A DNA stretch of 64,000 nt from Felis catus (Eukaryota), in contig NC_058368.1 in the NCBI RefSeq assembly GCF_018350175.1, forward strand, positions 93,994,001-94,058,000, read 5' to 3'. A model generated the notes under the pieces. It did no database searches. It was not told the origin of the DNA and worked only from the letters and a program-made list of their open reading frames with translations. Shown piece after piece: positions 13,515-26,827 of this stretch. Position 1 is the first letter of the stretch. Every line of letters starts with the position of its first letter. Position numbers and translations under genes: made by a program.

Positions 13515-13781
13515 AATTATTTTTTAACATTTATTTATTTTTGAGAGAGAGAGAGATAGAGTGTGTGAGCAGAGGAGGGGCAGAAAGAGAGGGAGACACA
13601 GAATCCGAAGCAGGCTCCAGGCTCTGAGCTGTCAGCACAGGGCCCGAGGCGGGGCTCGAACTCATGGACCGTGAGATCGTGACCTGAGCTGAAGCTGGAG
13701 TGGGGCTCGAACTCACGGACCGTGAGATCATAACCTGAGCCGAAACCGGATGCTTAACTGACTGAGCCACCCAGGCATCCC
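13515..13781 (-). mobile_element. CAN-SINE with internal duplication
   Basis: Reverse SINE with the B-box segment present twice (13651-13694 and 13702-13745). Confidence 0.9.
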
Positions 13782-14060
13782 ATTATACATCTTTAATGTA
13801 TCGTCTGCAAGTTTAAAAGAAGAGAATTTTTCCCCAAAGGAAAAACGTGGGGCACAAATGATGAATAGTGCTGCTAACAAAACTGGTAAAAGAAGTACGT
13901 TGGGGCACAGTGTAAAACAAGAAAATGATTCCCTTGTGTGGGAGAAGTGTTAGATCCGAGGTGGGGCATTTTCTTAGGGGTGCGACAACTGAAATTCGAG
14001 AGCATATAGGAGTGCCAACATCCCAAGGTGTGCACAGCTCTGCTAAGCCAGCATGCACCT

Positions 14061-14489
14061 TGTATTCATCATCTAGGGCTGCTATGACCATTTACCACAG
14101 ACTTGGCTTCAAACAACAGCAATGTATCCTCCCACAGTCAAGGCAGGCAAAGTCCAAAAGCAAATCGTCAACAGGATGAGCTCCTTCTGGAGGTTCTAAG
14201 GAGGAATCTGTCGTGTGCCTCTCTCCCAGCCAGATGGGAGCCCTTGGCATTCTTCAGAGACCTGTAGCCACAACCCTCTGGTTTCTGTCCCCATCTTCAC
14301 CTGGCCTTCTCCCTTCCTGTCTCTTATAAGGACACTCTTCATTGGATTTAGAGCCCATCCTACTCCAGGAGGACCTTACCTGGACATCCTTACCGTAAAT
14401 ATATCTGCCAAGACCCTTATTCCAAACAAAGTCACATTCTGAGGTTCTGGGTGGACATGTTTTGAGACTACAATTCAACCCACTATACA
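14061..14489 (-). mobile_element. MaLR (MLT1B/C-like) solo LTR
   Basis: tgtatt...agggctgctatgacc...tctcttataaggacac...cattggatttagagccca...caattcaacccactataca. Confidence 0.82.
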
Positions 14490-14731
14490 TGTTTAAAAAA
14501 AATGTAAGAGTAGCTGTAAATGTAAAAAAAGTGTAAAAAACTTTATTAACAAAGTTTTGTTTTGTTTTTTTTTAAGTGGAAGATAAAAATTCTAAACAAA
14601 TGATGGGAAAAAGAAACAGAACAATATCCCTGAAGGTAGGAAAGGAGACAAAAGCTAAGCAAAAGCTTGGTAAAATGACATGGTAGAAATCCAAATGAAT
14701 CAGAAATCGCTTTAAATGTAAATAAGTTAAC

Positions 14732-14910
14732 GGGGTGGGTGGCTCAGTCAGTTGAGCATCCACCTTCAGCGCAAGTCATGACCTCATGGTTCATGAGTTC
14801 GAGCCCTCACGGGGGTCTCCGCTGTCAGCACGCAACCTGCTTCGGATCCTCTGTCCCCCCCTCTCTCTGCACCTCCCCTGCTCACACTGTCTTTGTCTCA
14901 AAAATAAATT
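14732..14910 (+). mobile_element. CAN-SINE
   Basis: SINE head and tail. Confidence 0.88.
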
Positions 14911-15271
14911 ATTACTTGAAATTTTTTTTTACAAAATGTAAATAAGTTAAAATAGAATTGTTAAAAACCAGATTCAGATTAGATTAAAAATGAAACAAAT
15001 CCAAACCATCATACTCCATTGCTGATGAAAATATTTACAGACGTGGGTAGCATTGCCTTTACTAATCTTCCTCAGTGCCGTAGCTTCGCCAGGCAGAAGA
15101 ACTACATTCTCACTGGATTGATGTTTTGAAATCCTTTCCACTGGCGACATTAAGACCAGACTGTCAACAGACGCTACAGAACAGGAAAAAAGGGAAAACA
15201 CCGCTTTCCAACCAAATTTCCCCCATTCTAAAGGTAGCTAAGAAGCTAATTTTTCTGTATTAGTTTCAAGA

Positions 15272-15300
15272 TTTTTTTTTTTAATTTTTAATGTTTATTT

Positions 15301-15347
<47 letters not shown>

Positions 15348-15519
15348 AAGCATGAGCTGGGGTGTGGGGCAGAGAGAGAGGGAGACACAGAATCTGAAGC
15401 AGGTTCCTGGCTCTGAGCTGTCAGCACAGAGCCCGACGTGGGGCTCGAACTCATGAACCATGAGATCATGACCTGAGCCAAAGTTGGATGCTCAACCGAC
15501 TGAGCCACCCAGGAACACC
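15272..15519 (-). mobile_element. CAN-SINE with long (GA)n
   Basis: Reverse SINE; (GA)n at 15304-15345; TSD tcaagatttttt. Confidence 0.92.
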
Positions 15520-15807
15520 TCAAGATTTTTTTAAAAAGTAGTTGTAGTGGCTTAAAAGATTAATGAAAGGTTAAAACTGTGAGATGTATTTTTTGATCCC
15601 TCACTCATCTTTATTCTTCTTCCAATTCTACATCTTAGTTTAAAAAAATTTTTTTTTTCTCTGAAATTCCAGACTACAGAGAACAGATCTTTTACCAAAC
15701 CTGGTTAAGACTGATTTTCAATCACAGTGAGCACACATTCTGAATGCTCAGTATGGGCCAGATGTAACAAGTTCAGAATACAAAAAAGGTCACTTGCATG
15801 CATGTGA

Positions 15808-15812
<5 letters not shown>

Positions 15813-15845
<33 letters not shown>
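15813..15845. repeat. (CA)n microsatellite
   Basis: Direct reading. Confidence 0.95.
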
Positions 15846-15847
<2 letters not shown>

Positions 15848-16004
15848 TAGCTCCTACAGTTTTATGTAAGAAAAAGTACACATTTCAAATAAGATATAAA
15901 GTACAAATTTTAGCACAAATAAAGATGTCAAAAGATGAAGAGAATTCTATCAGTGAACTATGTACTTTTCCTCTAAACCTCTTTTCGATAAAAAGCTGAA
16001 CACA

Positions 16005-16207
16005 GGGGCACCTGGGTGGCTCAGCTGGCTAAGCCACTGACTTCAGCTCTGGTCAGGATCTCACAGTTCCTGAGTTCAAGCTCCGTATCCAGCTTGCCAC
16101 TGTCAGCCCAGAGCCCACTTCCCATCCTCTGTCTCCCTCTCTCTCTGCCCCTCCCCTGCTTGCTCGCTCTCTCTCAAAAATAAACATTAAAAAAAAAAAA
16201 AAAAAAG
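16005..16207 (+). mobile_element. CAN-SINE
   Basis: SINE head to A tail. Confidence 0.9.
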
Positions 16208-16596
16208 ATGAAATAGACAGCCAGTGCTAACAATGCGAACTATGGTTTGAAGGGGGGAGAGGTGAGGGGAGGTGCACAATGTAATTGGGAAGCAATTTTA
16301 ATTCAAGATCTCAATTCTTATTAAACCTAAAAGTCAGAAAAAACGCTCTGCCCTCCACCAGAACAGTCGAAAATTAGCTTTGTTTGCCTCCCCAAAAATA
16401 CTGCTCACCCTTCAATGGCAGGGCTGTATTAGTAATGTTTCTATCCCCAGCTCACTGCATAGCACTTGATGGTCAACAAATTTACTGTGTGAACGCATGT
16501 GATAAATTCCACCCCGCCACCAATTTATTTTTCTTCGGCCACGAAGACTTTCCCTTAACCTTTCAAGTGCATTGGCAGGCTAGAGGAGTTTTTCTA

Positions 16597-16619
16597 TTTT
16601 AAGTTGTTAAAATTTACTT

Positions 16620-16656
<37 letters not shown>

Positions 16657-16822
16657 CAGCATGAGTGGGGGAGGGGCAGAGAGGGAGAGAGAGAATCCCC
16701 GGCAGGCTCTGAGCTGTCAGCGCAGAGCCCGACGTGGGGCTCAAACCCACGGACCATGAGATCATGACCTGAGCTGAAACCAAGAGTCAGACACGTATCC
16801 GACTGAACCACCCAGGCACCCC
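16597..16822 (-). mobile_element. CAN-SINE
   Basis: Reverse SINE. Confidence 0.9.
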
Positions 16823-17449
16823 ATGGAGTTGAAATTCTGATAGTTGAACCCAACAGTATCCCTTCATGTCACGGTGTGTACATGGTATACACAGGTGGGG
16901 CTTGAAGAAAAGCCAGTGGAGTCAATACACAGCACACCACGAGGTGTCATGAGGGTTACTAGCAATTCTCTTATTTTGGCTTTCAGCACACATTGATCAA
17001 GGTGGTTGAGCAATGTAATCACGGAGCATAACATCATTTTAATAAATACCCCTGAAAAGATAATGAAAAGAAAGACTCTCTCCTAACCTTGCTCCCCACC
17101 TACTCCAAACAACCCACGGACATCAGCCACTTCCACTTTTAAGGCCTACTCAAAATGGCAGGAAGACCAATTTCGCCAATGGAACTTGTGATTCTATTTC
17201 AGTAATCGCAACTTCTAAATCTGACATTAAAATGCTAGACAATCAGCAAAAGCAGTGAAAAGATACTGGAGCCAGATCTGCCGAACAGTCAGCTGAGACG
17301 GGGAGAACAGTTTTAGTTAAATGTATACATTTAGGTTACATGTATATGTTTCTACTTGAACACTTTCTACATGATGTCTCTTAAACATTTCCTCGTTTTT
17401 TGATGGTGAGCCACAGCTTGCAGTCAGAATCTTGTATCACACGCAAGTT

Positions 17450-18072
17450 TTGTGGAGGACAAAAGGTGTCACCTTAAGTAACTTTGGGAAATGGTAATTT
17501 GACTGCATACCTGTAAGGCTAAGGATAAAATGGAACAGAAAAAAAGAAATGTATATAAGCACTGTATTCCAGGAGGTAAATTTCTCGCAAGGGTACTGGT
17601 TAGCAATTCTGAAACTACTTTACATGCATGCCAGTGTTGAAAAACGTAAGTAAATAAAATATAGATAATAGGAGTTAGGTTTCTTGCTACAGAGAAGTAG
17701 GTGCAAATAAGCAAAGGGAGAAAGCTGGAATGAATCCTCTAAAGTGCTGGATGAGAAGTTGGGAGACAGAAGGATGAACCCAGGTTTATTTTAAACACTA
17801 CAGACAGAAGTAACTGTAGAGATGTGTCTGTACTGGGGTCACTATACATTCAAGGAGCACATCCAACCATCAAGTCTTAGGTTCTAAATACCATTCTCTG
17901 GGGAGCCTGGGTGATAAAGCGTCTGACTCTTGGTTTCGGTCATAATCTCACTGTTTTGTGGGTTGGAGCCCCGCGTCGGGCTCTGTGCTGGCAGCACGGA
18001 GCCTGCTTAGGATTCTCTCTTTCCCTCTCTGTCTGTCCCTTACTTGCTCACTCTGTCTCTGTAACTCTCAAA

Positions 18073-18107
<35 letters not shown>

Positions 18108-19130
18108 AACTTAAAAATCAATAAATACCATTCCCCAATAAAAGGAACAGAGCTCTTTGGAGAAATGGCTGATTCGAGGGCTGGGGCAGAGAAACACAAG
18201 ACAAACCTACAGCATTTTGTAGTACCAGAAAGTAAGGAAGCCTAAAGAGAAAAAACTCAAAAAGAAATGGCTTCCAATGGCCAAAGCTGGAACCATCTGA
18301 GCAATGAAACATTAATTACAGTATTTAATTGTAACACACACAAATGAAATACATATCCATTAGCCTATACCGACACGAATGAATGACTGAGAAGGGACAA
18401 ATCTCTGCTCGATTAAGAATTCCAAATAATATATGCAGCTGCCCCCCCTCTAGAATGTGGAGCTTAATTGGTCTTCTCCTTGAGCAAGACTTGGGCTTAG
18501 TGACTCACTTCCAAATAACGGCATATGGAATGCAAAAATGGTAACTCTACAACAGAAAAATGAACCTGGCAGACACAATCTCAACCCAAGGTTCAAGCTT
18601 AAGATCACCAGTGGGTAAGTTGCGTCGGCATCACGTACCCCCGATGTGAAGTAACGAGGAGGGTACGTCACCTCAGTGGTGACCTCAGTACGTCATCCCC
18701 AGAAGATGGCAATCCTGATAAAACGTAAGAAAATATCGGATCAAAATTGATGGGACTTTCTAACAAAATATCTGACCAGTACTCCTAAAACATGTTAAGG
18801 TCTAGGAAAACAATGAAAGATGGAAAAACGATTACAGAGTAAGGAGACATGATGACCGGATGCAATGTTGATTATCTTAGGTCGGGTCTAGGAACAGAAA
18901 AAGGACTTTAGTGGGAAAACTGTGAAATGCCAATCGAGTGCATAGATTGGGCTCACTATATTGTACCAATGTTACCTTAGCTTTGACAAACTATATTTTC
19001 ATAAACAGGTACCACGTAACGTCAGGTGTTAATATTAGCGGAAGCTACAGGATGGGGCTGCAGAACTCCTCTATGTTCCACCTTTGCGACTTTTCTGTAA
19101 ATACAAAATTACTCCAAAATTTTTACAAGT
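17450..19130 (+). mobile_element. Old L1 3' region (L1MC-like), split by a SINE
   Basis: ataccattccccaataaaaggaac, gacttagtgactcacttcc-like, gaacagaaaaaggactttagtggg and tattgtaccaatgtt motifs. Confidence 0.7.
17900..18117 (+). mobile_element. CAN-SINE with (TAAA)n tail
   Basis: TSD taaataccattc on both sides. Confidence 0.9.
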
Positions 19131-20974
19131 TACGTTGCGAGTATTCAAAGAAAAATATTCTAAAACTCTTCCTGACTTGTACGTTTCATCTGTAAAATAA
19201 ACAATATTTAGAATTCATATCTACATCAGGACCCTGAAAGGGCATGGGGAAGAAGCGCACTTCCCCCTTAACACTCCAGTATAAACAGGCCCCACTCATT
19301 TACATTCATTCTTGACCTAATTCTATTTTCAGCATTTCCTGAATTTTAGATGCCACCCACTATTTTAAGAACTTGCTTGTCCCGAGAGAATTTAAGATTT
19401 CAAACAACAAACAGTAGAAAACACACCTTTGCATCAGTTGTGTGTAACTGGGAAGAAAGACTGGTGGTTTTCTTTTGGCTGGTTTCCCCAAGTCTTTGAC
19501 AGCAAGCGGACACAGTAATCGTCATTTGGCACAGTGTCTGGCACAGCAGAAATTCGGTAGGACCAGCTCAACAATAAACTGCTATTACTGGTGCTATTAA
19601 AGAATCTAGGTGGGGATGGCTCCCAGAACCATCCAGACATAAAGGACAGGGCCCGGTGCGGGTGCCATCAGGGCCCTGGGGACCAGAGTTTCCAGCAGGC
19701 GCTGAGGATCCTCACGAATTCCGGCAACCAGGGAATTTCTGCCAGTCCCTCCATCAGACCACCTTTCCAAATGGGTGGGGACCATCCATGGAAGAGTCTG
19801 GGAAGACCTGAGGTAGCAGCTCTCCCTGGGGTTCCCCTGTGGCTCCCGTCACAGCATGCCTGTGAGGAAGCCCCCTCAGGCCCATGCACACCATGGCCAT
19901 GGCTGCCTGGACATCCCGGAGGACAAGGACCCTGCCCTGTGTGATGTCAGGACCATCCAGCTCTCAGAGCAGAGCCTGCTACGAGGATCCAACATTGGCA
20001 GCCCTCTGTGAACACATGTTGCTCAACTCTGTAAACACCCACAACCTCCAAGTACCTGTAAGAAATGTCCCCAGAGCAGGTGTCCCCGGTAAGAGCCCTG
20101 ACCCTGGCTGTCTGGCCTCACTCCCTGTGCTGTCTTTTTCTTTTTTCCTGGATGGTCTGTAAACGACTCTGTTATTTCAAGCTGTGGTTTAACTTTTGTT
20201 TTCTTTTTGATTTCCTAAGTCTCCAGTTGAGTCCTTGTAATGAATATATTAAATAAGCACGTTTTTAAAAACAGGGAATCAAGGTGCCTGCTAAGTTTTA
20301 GAGCTAAGTATTATTATAAGTGATACTATCATCTACAAAGACATTCAATTACAAGGATGAAAAGACTTTAAAAATAAATATCACTCCTAGGATCAATTAG
20401 TCCTGGTTATCTATTATGTAAACAAAGGAAACCTGCCATTAACAAAGTTATATTTGGTCTTTCAGAAAAGGAAGAGAGTAAATTAATAAGGATCAAATAC
20501 GTCTAAAATAACCAAGCAGACCTCACATTATAAGAGACTGATTATTGGGAAGGTTTGGACATAGTTTTTCTGTAACAGACTTTATCACTTTTTTTCCATT
20601 TTTACTTTTGGCAATAATGTCAAATACTTTAAACCATTCCATTCCCTGACTTACACCAAAGTATACAGTGGTTAATGTCTTAGCGGAATGACCCCTCATC
20701 AAATCATTCTTCCATATGAATGTCTTAAATGTATCCTCTTATAAGTTTAAATTGTCTTTTAAGGCAGAGAAATTATTCACTTTTGAAATCAGACATAAAT
20801 ATTAGACTAGGAAAATGAAACTGAAATAGTTCTATAAAGCTGAGTTAATTTTTGGAAGAGAAAATCTTATTTAAATGTATCTTCACAATAAAATGTAAGG
20901 TAACACGGCGACACCCAGGAGCCAATTATTTTACAAATCCCACAACCCAAAATTACTTAAGAAAGAACATTCTG

Positions 20975-21135
20975 GGGGGTATTGTGGTAAGTGAAATAAG
21001 TCAGAGGGAGATAAATACCATATGATTTCACTTCCGTGTGAAATCTAAGCACAAGGTTCTTAAATGCAGAGGACAAACGTGTTTGCCAGAGGGGACCCGA
21101 GTAGGGGGAAGGGCAGAATAGATCAAGGAGATTAA
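20975..21135 (+). mobile_element. L1 3' fragment
   Basis: taagtgaaataagtcagag...ataccatatgatttcactt. Confidence 0.7.
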
Positions 21136-21567
21136 GAAGAAAGAAAGAATGTTCTGATAGTAAAGATATGGAAAAAAAGCATAAAAAGCATCTTGAAGAA
21201 ACAGAGTATCCTAGGGACATAAGCCTTTTTTTGTTCCAATCCTTAACAATATAATTTTCATATCCTTATAAATTTGCTAAGATTTCCTCTTACATTTTGG
21301 TGGCACTCGTCAGGAGAAAAGCATAGAACCAAGGTTAAGGACAACTAAGGTTTAAAAGGGTCCTTGTTACTACTGGTAAGGAAGATTAATGGTTCAAGAA
21401 GGGAAAAACACCTATACAATCAGATATTTCAATTTATGGTTAGAGTTTAGAAATTACAGCCCAGAGCATTTTCTGGACCTATTAAAAGTTTTTGTCATTA
21501 GGAAACTTACAAATAAGAAAAAGACAAGGACTGCTTAGATTTTATGACTTAAAAGTGATGGAAATAG

Positions 21568-21772
21568 AGGTGCCTGGGTGGCTCAGTCAGTTAAGCGTTT
21601 GACTTCAGCTCAGGTCGTGATCTCACAGTTTGAGTTCAAGCCCCGCATCGGGCTCTGTGCTGACAGCTTGGAGCCTGGAGCCTGCTTCAGATTCTGTCTC
21701 CCTCACTAGCACGCGCGCTCTCTCTCTCTCTCGCTCTCTCTCTCTCTCTCAAAAAAAAAAGATTAAAAAAAA
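21568..21772 (+). mobile_element. CAN-SINE
   Basis: TSD aaaagtgatggaaata on both sides. Confidence 0.92.
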
Positions 21773-22109
21773 AGTGATGGAAATAAATTGATGGGATTTA
21801 CCTTCACAGTAATATATTTATGACATACTTCTGATACCTAATACCAAACTCATTAAAATACAAGGCTAAGAGTTAAAAGCAGCCCCTCTCCCATGCACTG
21901 AACGTCTTTTCCTATCTTCGTTTCTGTGGTTTTCACTAGAAAAGAAATTAGAACAAACTGTACAAATCCATCCTTGTTTTTTACACAGAAGTATGAACAA
22001 TAATGCTATCTCTAACAGTTCTGACCATAAATTACCGAGGTGGTATGTTTGGAAACACAAGTACACTATCAAAGCATCCAGTCTTAAGAGTTAATAAGAA
22101 TACGCTTGT

Positions 22110-25100
22110 ATTTGGTGCAAATTTAATTTTATTAAACCTTACAATGAATGTTGTGGCATATCATTTTCCATTATGTGACAACTTATTGGCTGGCATCTGA
22201 ATACAGTACTTCTTCTGAAAAATATGCAATGGGAAGTGACAAAAGGGAGAAACTAGTTGTTTAGTGATATATGAGGGCAAAAAGAAAAAAAAGAGAAGAA
22301 AAAAGAAGAGAAAGGATGACGACCAATTAGTTTCTCTAGGATCTAACTCTAAAATGGTTAAAGTTCCATGCAAGAATGCTGCCGTCGCATTACGCGAGAA
22401 AATGGTTATTATCTCATCTGGTTCCCACAATTCTGATAATTACAAGGATTATTTTACCTGTAAAATTCAACCTAAGGTTTCAGCTGGGCAAAATGATTTT
22501 AAAGAGCTACTTTTTCACATACAAATTTAAAGAATTTTCCCAAGTCACAGTAGCTGTGGGGTCTCTAAGATATTACACGTTAAGGTAGTCACTTTGTCAG
22601 TGAGCAATTGCTTAACTTCAAAGTCGTCATGGGCACCATGTTAGTTTTTGCTGATTTGGGTTTTATGCCCATGTCAGATTTATGGGTAAGAAAATGACTC
22701 TTTTTTAAACCTATAATCCACTTGTCTTTATAAAGTAGACTGGTATCTAATAATCTGAGTAAAATGACCATTTCTCTTCCAGGAATGATCAAGAGCGGAA
22801 CATTGGAAATTCAGCAGGCCTTACAGGGCATTTGTACAGAAATGTCACCAAAACTTACAAACCCCAGCCAACATCACCATGTTACAGTATAGTTTAGTTC
22901 GAATCCCACGAGTACAATTAGCTCATCAAGTATTAAAGTACTCATTTGTGTTAAAAAAAAGGAACACAAATTTAAGAATTTTTTTAATTCAGTCAAGAAC
23001 GACTGTGAGAATACTTTCAGACAAAGGCCTTAACGGTGTCCAAGGTCACGTTTCTTAACCAACCTCCTCCAGAATGAAATCATGGACCATTCTCAGCTAT
23101 CAAACTAACGGATTTTTCAAGAGCTCCGAACAGCATTAGATGGCGAACAGAGAACTGTACCCTAAACTGAAATAAGGCATTTCAGTTCTCAAAGCCGAAG
23201 AACTGTTCTAAGTGATCAATATTTAGTGGTGGAAAAGGCTACGTCAAGAAATCCTTAGTTCCACTAAAGTTGTATGATTCAAGTTCACCTATAAAGTACA
23301 GTGAGGTGTGTGTTACTATACGAGCACGTAAGCCCTCTTATCCCCTCCCAAAAAAGAGGGGAAAATGTTAAATCACTTAAAAATCCAATTGCTCATCATT
23401 TACCCCCAAATTACTGAGATCTACTGGTGTAGATTTACTGTACTTACAAAGTTTCCCTTTTTAAAAAAAGTAGCTCATGCATATATAATTCTTATACCAC
23501 AAGGTCAGAGGCAAATGATTTCAAAATACTGATGTCTGAGAGTTCTAGCATATTTGTCTAAATCATAAATTACTAATACATATGGCAGCTCAAATATCCC
23601 ATCAAATTTGTCCGTGGTAAATATGGTTTTAAAATCTCTTCATCGAAAGGCTAGAGAGTGACCATTTATATCCCATTCACCCTTTTCAATGGTGAAATTC
23701 AATTCACAACCTAGTAAAGATATCTTAAAAAAAAAAAAATTAAACCTCAATTATTTAATCAGAAAGTCTAATGCTTTTTTACTTACTACTGTTCATTATG
23801 AGTTTGGTACTGAATAAAGATGAAATAAACCTAATGTGATTCTTTGCAGTGATGACTCCTTAAATACCATTACATCAAACCCTCAGAATAAAATGGAAGC
23901 AAAAACCCAAGTGATCCAGCTCATTCGACTCACAGGTAAACTTGAGTTTTTCTCCAACAAATGAGGAGCTTTTTTATTCAGAACAATTTCATTAAGACAT
24001 TTGCAGGGCAAATGTGCCATCATAAATTTCATTCTGAATAACAATAAAGTGCTGAATGAGAATTACCTGAATCTTTTTTTTTTTTTTTAATACTTTTCAC
24101 TTATCGTTTCTTAAAAGAGCCCTTTCTGTGTGTGGTGGTGTTAGCAAAGCTGTTCGCAGAAAACAAACGAACAAAAAAAACGACACATAAAAAAAGAAAA
24201 GCAGAGCGAAGCTAACTTTCAGTAAGGGAATATAGAAAGCACTGCAACCTTTGTGTTTAACTACAGTGACAAATAACTGAGACCAAAGTAATTCATGCAA
24301 GGTATCTTTAAAGGTATACTTAGGCTGGAAGAAAGAAAGAATGGACACTCTACTGACCTCTGATACTAGGGCAGTAAATTGCATACTAAAATACCTTAAT
24401 TATCCTAGATGCCTAGATCTGGCTTGGCAAGCATCATGCCACTGACATGCTTTAGCTCTTTTGGTAACTAAAAGTGATCTGCAGTTCAAGTGCTGAATTA
24501 TGTCAATGTGACTCATTAAAGCTGTATGATAAACTTTGAGGTTAAATTTAAGCAAATAGCTCTACACCTAATCACATCATCAGCACAAGCGGGCCAATGC
24601 TGGCGCAGCATGAAAGGTGGGTCGCTTTATAAAGATTCTTCCTTGTACTGCATGATATATTAAGATGACAGACCTAAATTTCAACTGGGTTAATGAGTTA
24701 GAATAGATTTGTTTCCCAAATTTAGCACACGATAATTTCAGTGGAGTAGAGAGAGAAACCTCAGAAGTGAAGAAAAAGAGAAAAAAAAAAACAAAGAAAC
24801 AAAAGAGCTTGAGCTCGGGTAGCTAACCTGTAGCTCTAAAAACTCATGCTACAGAGAGTACCACTTTCATAAAATGAACTTTGTAACGAAACTTAACAGT
24901 GTTTTGAGTCGAAGTTGACCAACTGCTGCATAGAAAATGTGCTAACATACAACAGTCAAGTTTAAGCCGGTGCATAGAGAAGATAAAGCACTTATGGTAA
25001 CTGCAAATGGTTAACAGGTCCGGAGAGGGTGTACGACCTAGCATGGGTCCGTAAGGGGGGAAAAAACTCTGAAGTAGAAATGGTTAGGAAAACAAAGGAA

Positions 25101-25517
25101 GCGGAAACGGGGAAGAAGCTTGGAGAAGAGAAGGAAGAAGCAGGAAAAAGAAAGATTTTTCGATTGTATAAAATTCACAAACCAGTAAAGTATAAAGACA
25201 CCACTGAAAAACGGTGAACTCTGTCCCAAACACCCGACAGCAAACAAAACCAGAACAGGTAAGCCTTTGGCAGACAATTTTAGAAATTTGAAGAGGACAT
25301 TACATTTCTCAATAATTCACCAACAATATATTATATGGTATATTTATATTAAATACTGGGAAACCAATCCTGTCAATCGGATGCTTCTAATGCTTTAGCC
25401 AATGAGAGCACGAGGAGATCAAGCTAAGTGAATGCTGGTGTCATCACAACAGTGCTCGTTTATGAAACAACTGTTACCAATTCGTGCTTTGACAGTGCAG
25501 AACATACAGTCCGGTCA
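22110..25517 (-). other. FEM1C: FEM1C 3'UTR (~3.4 kb)
   Basis: AU-rich stretch with no recognisable SINE/LINE, running from the stop to a tandem AATAAA/ATTAAA signal. Confidence 0.75.
22122..22133 (-). terminator. FEM1C: Distal polyadenylation signal (AATAAA immediately followed by ATTAAA)
   Basis: Minus strand reads AATAAAATTAAAtttgcacca, with U/GU-rich sequence downstream (gatagtgtacttgtgtttcc). Confidence 0.7.
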
Positions 25518-26827
25518 TCATCTATGAAGCGAAACAAAGGTCTCCAGCTTCTCTGGAATGTGCCCTTTGTAATATATTCTATGATTCACTATGACACGAG
25601 CAGCGAGACACTGCAGGGTGGTATGGTTTATGGGCTGAATCAAATTTTTAGCTATTTCCTTCTCGTCCAGCAAGTCGCTAGCAGTTTGTTTGTGCAGGTT
25701 TGTGGCATCAAAATGTGCACCTGATTTAATAAGGAGATTCATGATGTCTGGATGGTTGTTGAGAGCAGCGATGTGCAGGGGACTGTTGTCGTCGGAGTCT
25801 CTGACGTTCACATCAGCACCGCATTCGATCAGTATGGCAGTCACTTGCAGAGATGGGAATTTACAAACAGGGTACCGCCCCACACACGTGGTATTCTTGT
25901 CCACGGCCAGATGAAGAGGGCTAAAGTTATTCTTTCCCCTCGGATGCAGCTTCAGAAACCTGTATATCGTCTGCTTTTTGAAATGGTCCTGTTCTAGAGT
26001 ACAAGGAACTTTTTCTAATAAGCAAATCAAGTGCAAAATAATGGAAAGAGCCTTATTTAACTGTAATGGGTCGGCCGGACACTGAGTTTGTTTGATGGCT
26101 CGCTCTATTTCAAGGACACTTTTGCACAGTATGCCCATAAGATCGTCAAATGTAACAGTGGTGCCCAGCAGGCCTTTAGCCCGATCCTGCAGCATAAAAG
26201 AGAACAGTTCTGCAAAAGATAACAAGCTGCTGGCGGTCATTGGGCTTAAAGGGTCCAAATTGTTCTGCTGCATATCCAAAGCATACTTCCACAGGTTGAT
26301 GCATCGTTTGAAGTTTCCAGAGTCCGCATAGACTGCGCCTCTGTATCTAATATAGTAAGAGGTATCGGGATGCGAAGGGCCAAGAATGCGCTCTCTAATC
26401 AATAGTGCCTGCATTCTCATCTCATCGGGGTCAGCAATAAGACCTTCTAGTTCCTCTGTACTGTTTACCTCCTTGGCATAATCGTAAGCCATTATCAGTG
26501 TCTGTGGTACTGGCTTGCTAATTATATTAGTCCTATCACTGTACCTCATGTTCATGGCCTTTTTCCAGTATTTCAAGGCCCCAAGCAGATCTCTTTTTTT
26601 GTCTACAAATGTAGCTCCCAGAAGCTCCAGAGCATTGATCCGTTCTGTCTTGCTCGTCTGTGCATGGTGAGTCAGAAAATCCACAATATTTGTGTGACCA
26701 GTAACACTTGCTGAGAGAAGGGGAGTCATTCCATAACCATCCTTTTCCATCTTGGCACAATACATGAGAAGCATCTTCATGATGTCCAAACTTCCAGATT
26801 CCGCGCAATCGTGCAATGCAGTATTAC
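25518..26827 (-). CDS. FEM1C: FEM1C coding part of exon 3 (residues 182-617: ankyrin, TPR-like helices, C-terminal ankyrins, VHL-box TLQCLAARVI...IPEKLETFV)
   Basis: Polypyrimidine tract then TTAAG| acceptor (AG at 26829-26828). G+GT gives Gly, then NTALHDCAESG... to ...FVSLHR-TGA. 1310 nt; the frame joins exon 2 to give 617 aa. Confidence 0.98.

Noticed and set aside
19430..20260. GC-richer unique segment with overlapping 70-117 aa ORFs
   Set aside because: It shows no recognisable protein, splice structure or repeat termini. It may be an old LTR or enhancer, but I cannot support a call.
25690..26331. Antisense ORFs overlapping FEM1C exon 3
   Set aside because: They are short shadow ORFs of a coding strand with no independent evidence.
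25518..26816. 432-aa ORF treated as a standalone gene
   Set aside because: Its 'start' is a TTG (Leu186) inside exon 3; it is the spliced continuation of FEM1C.
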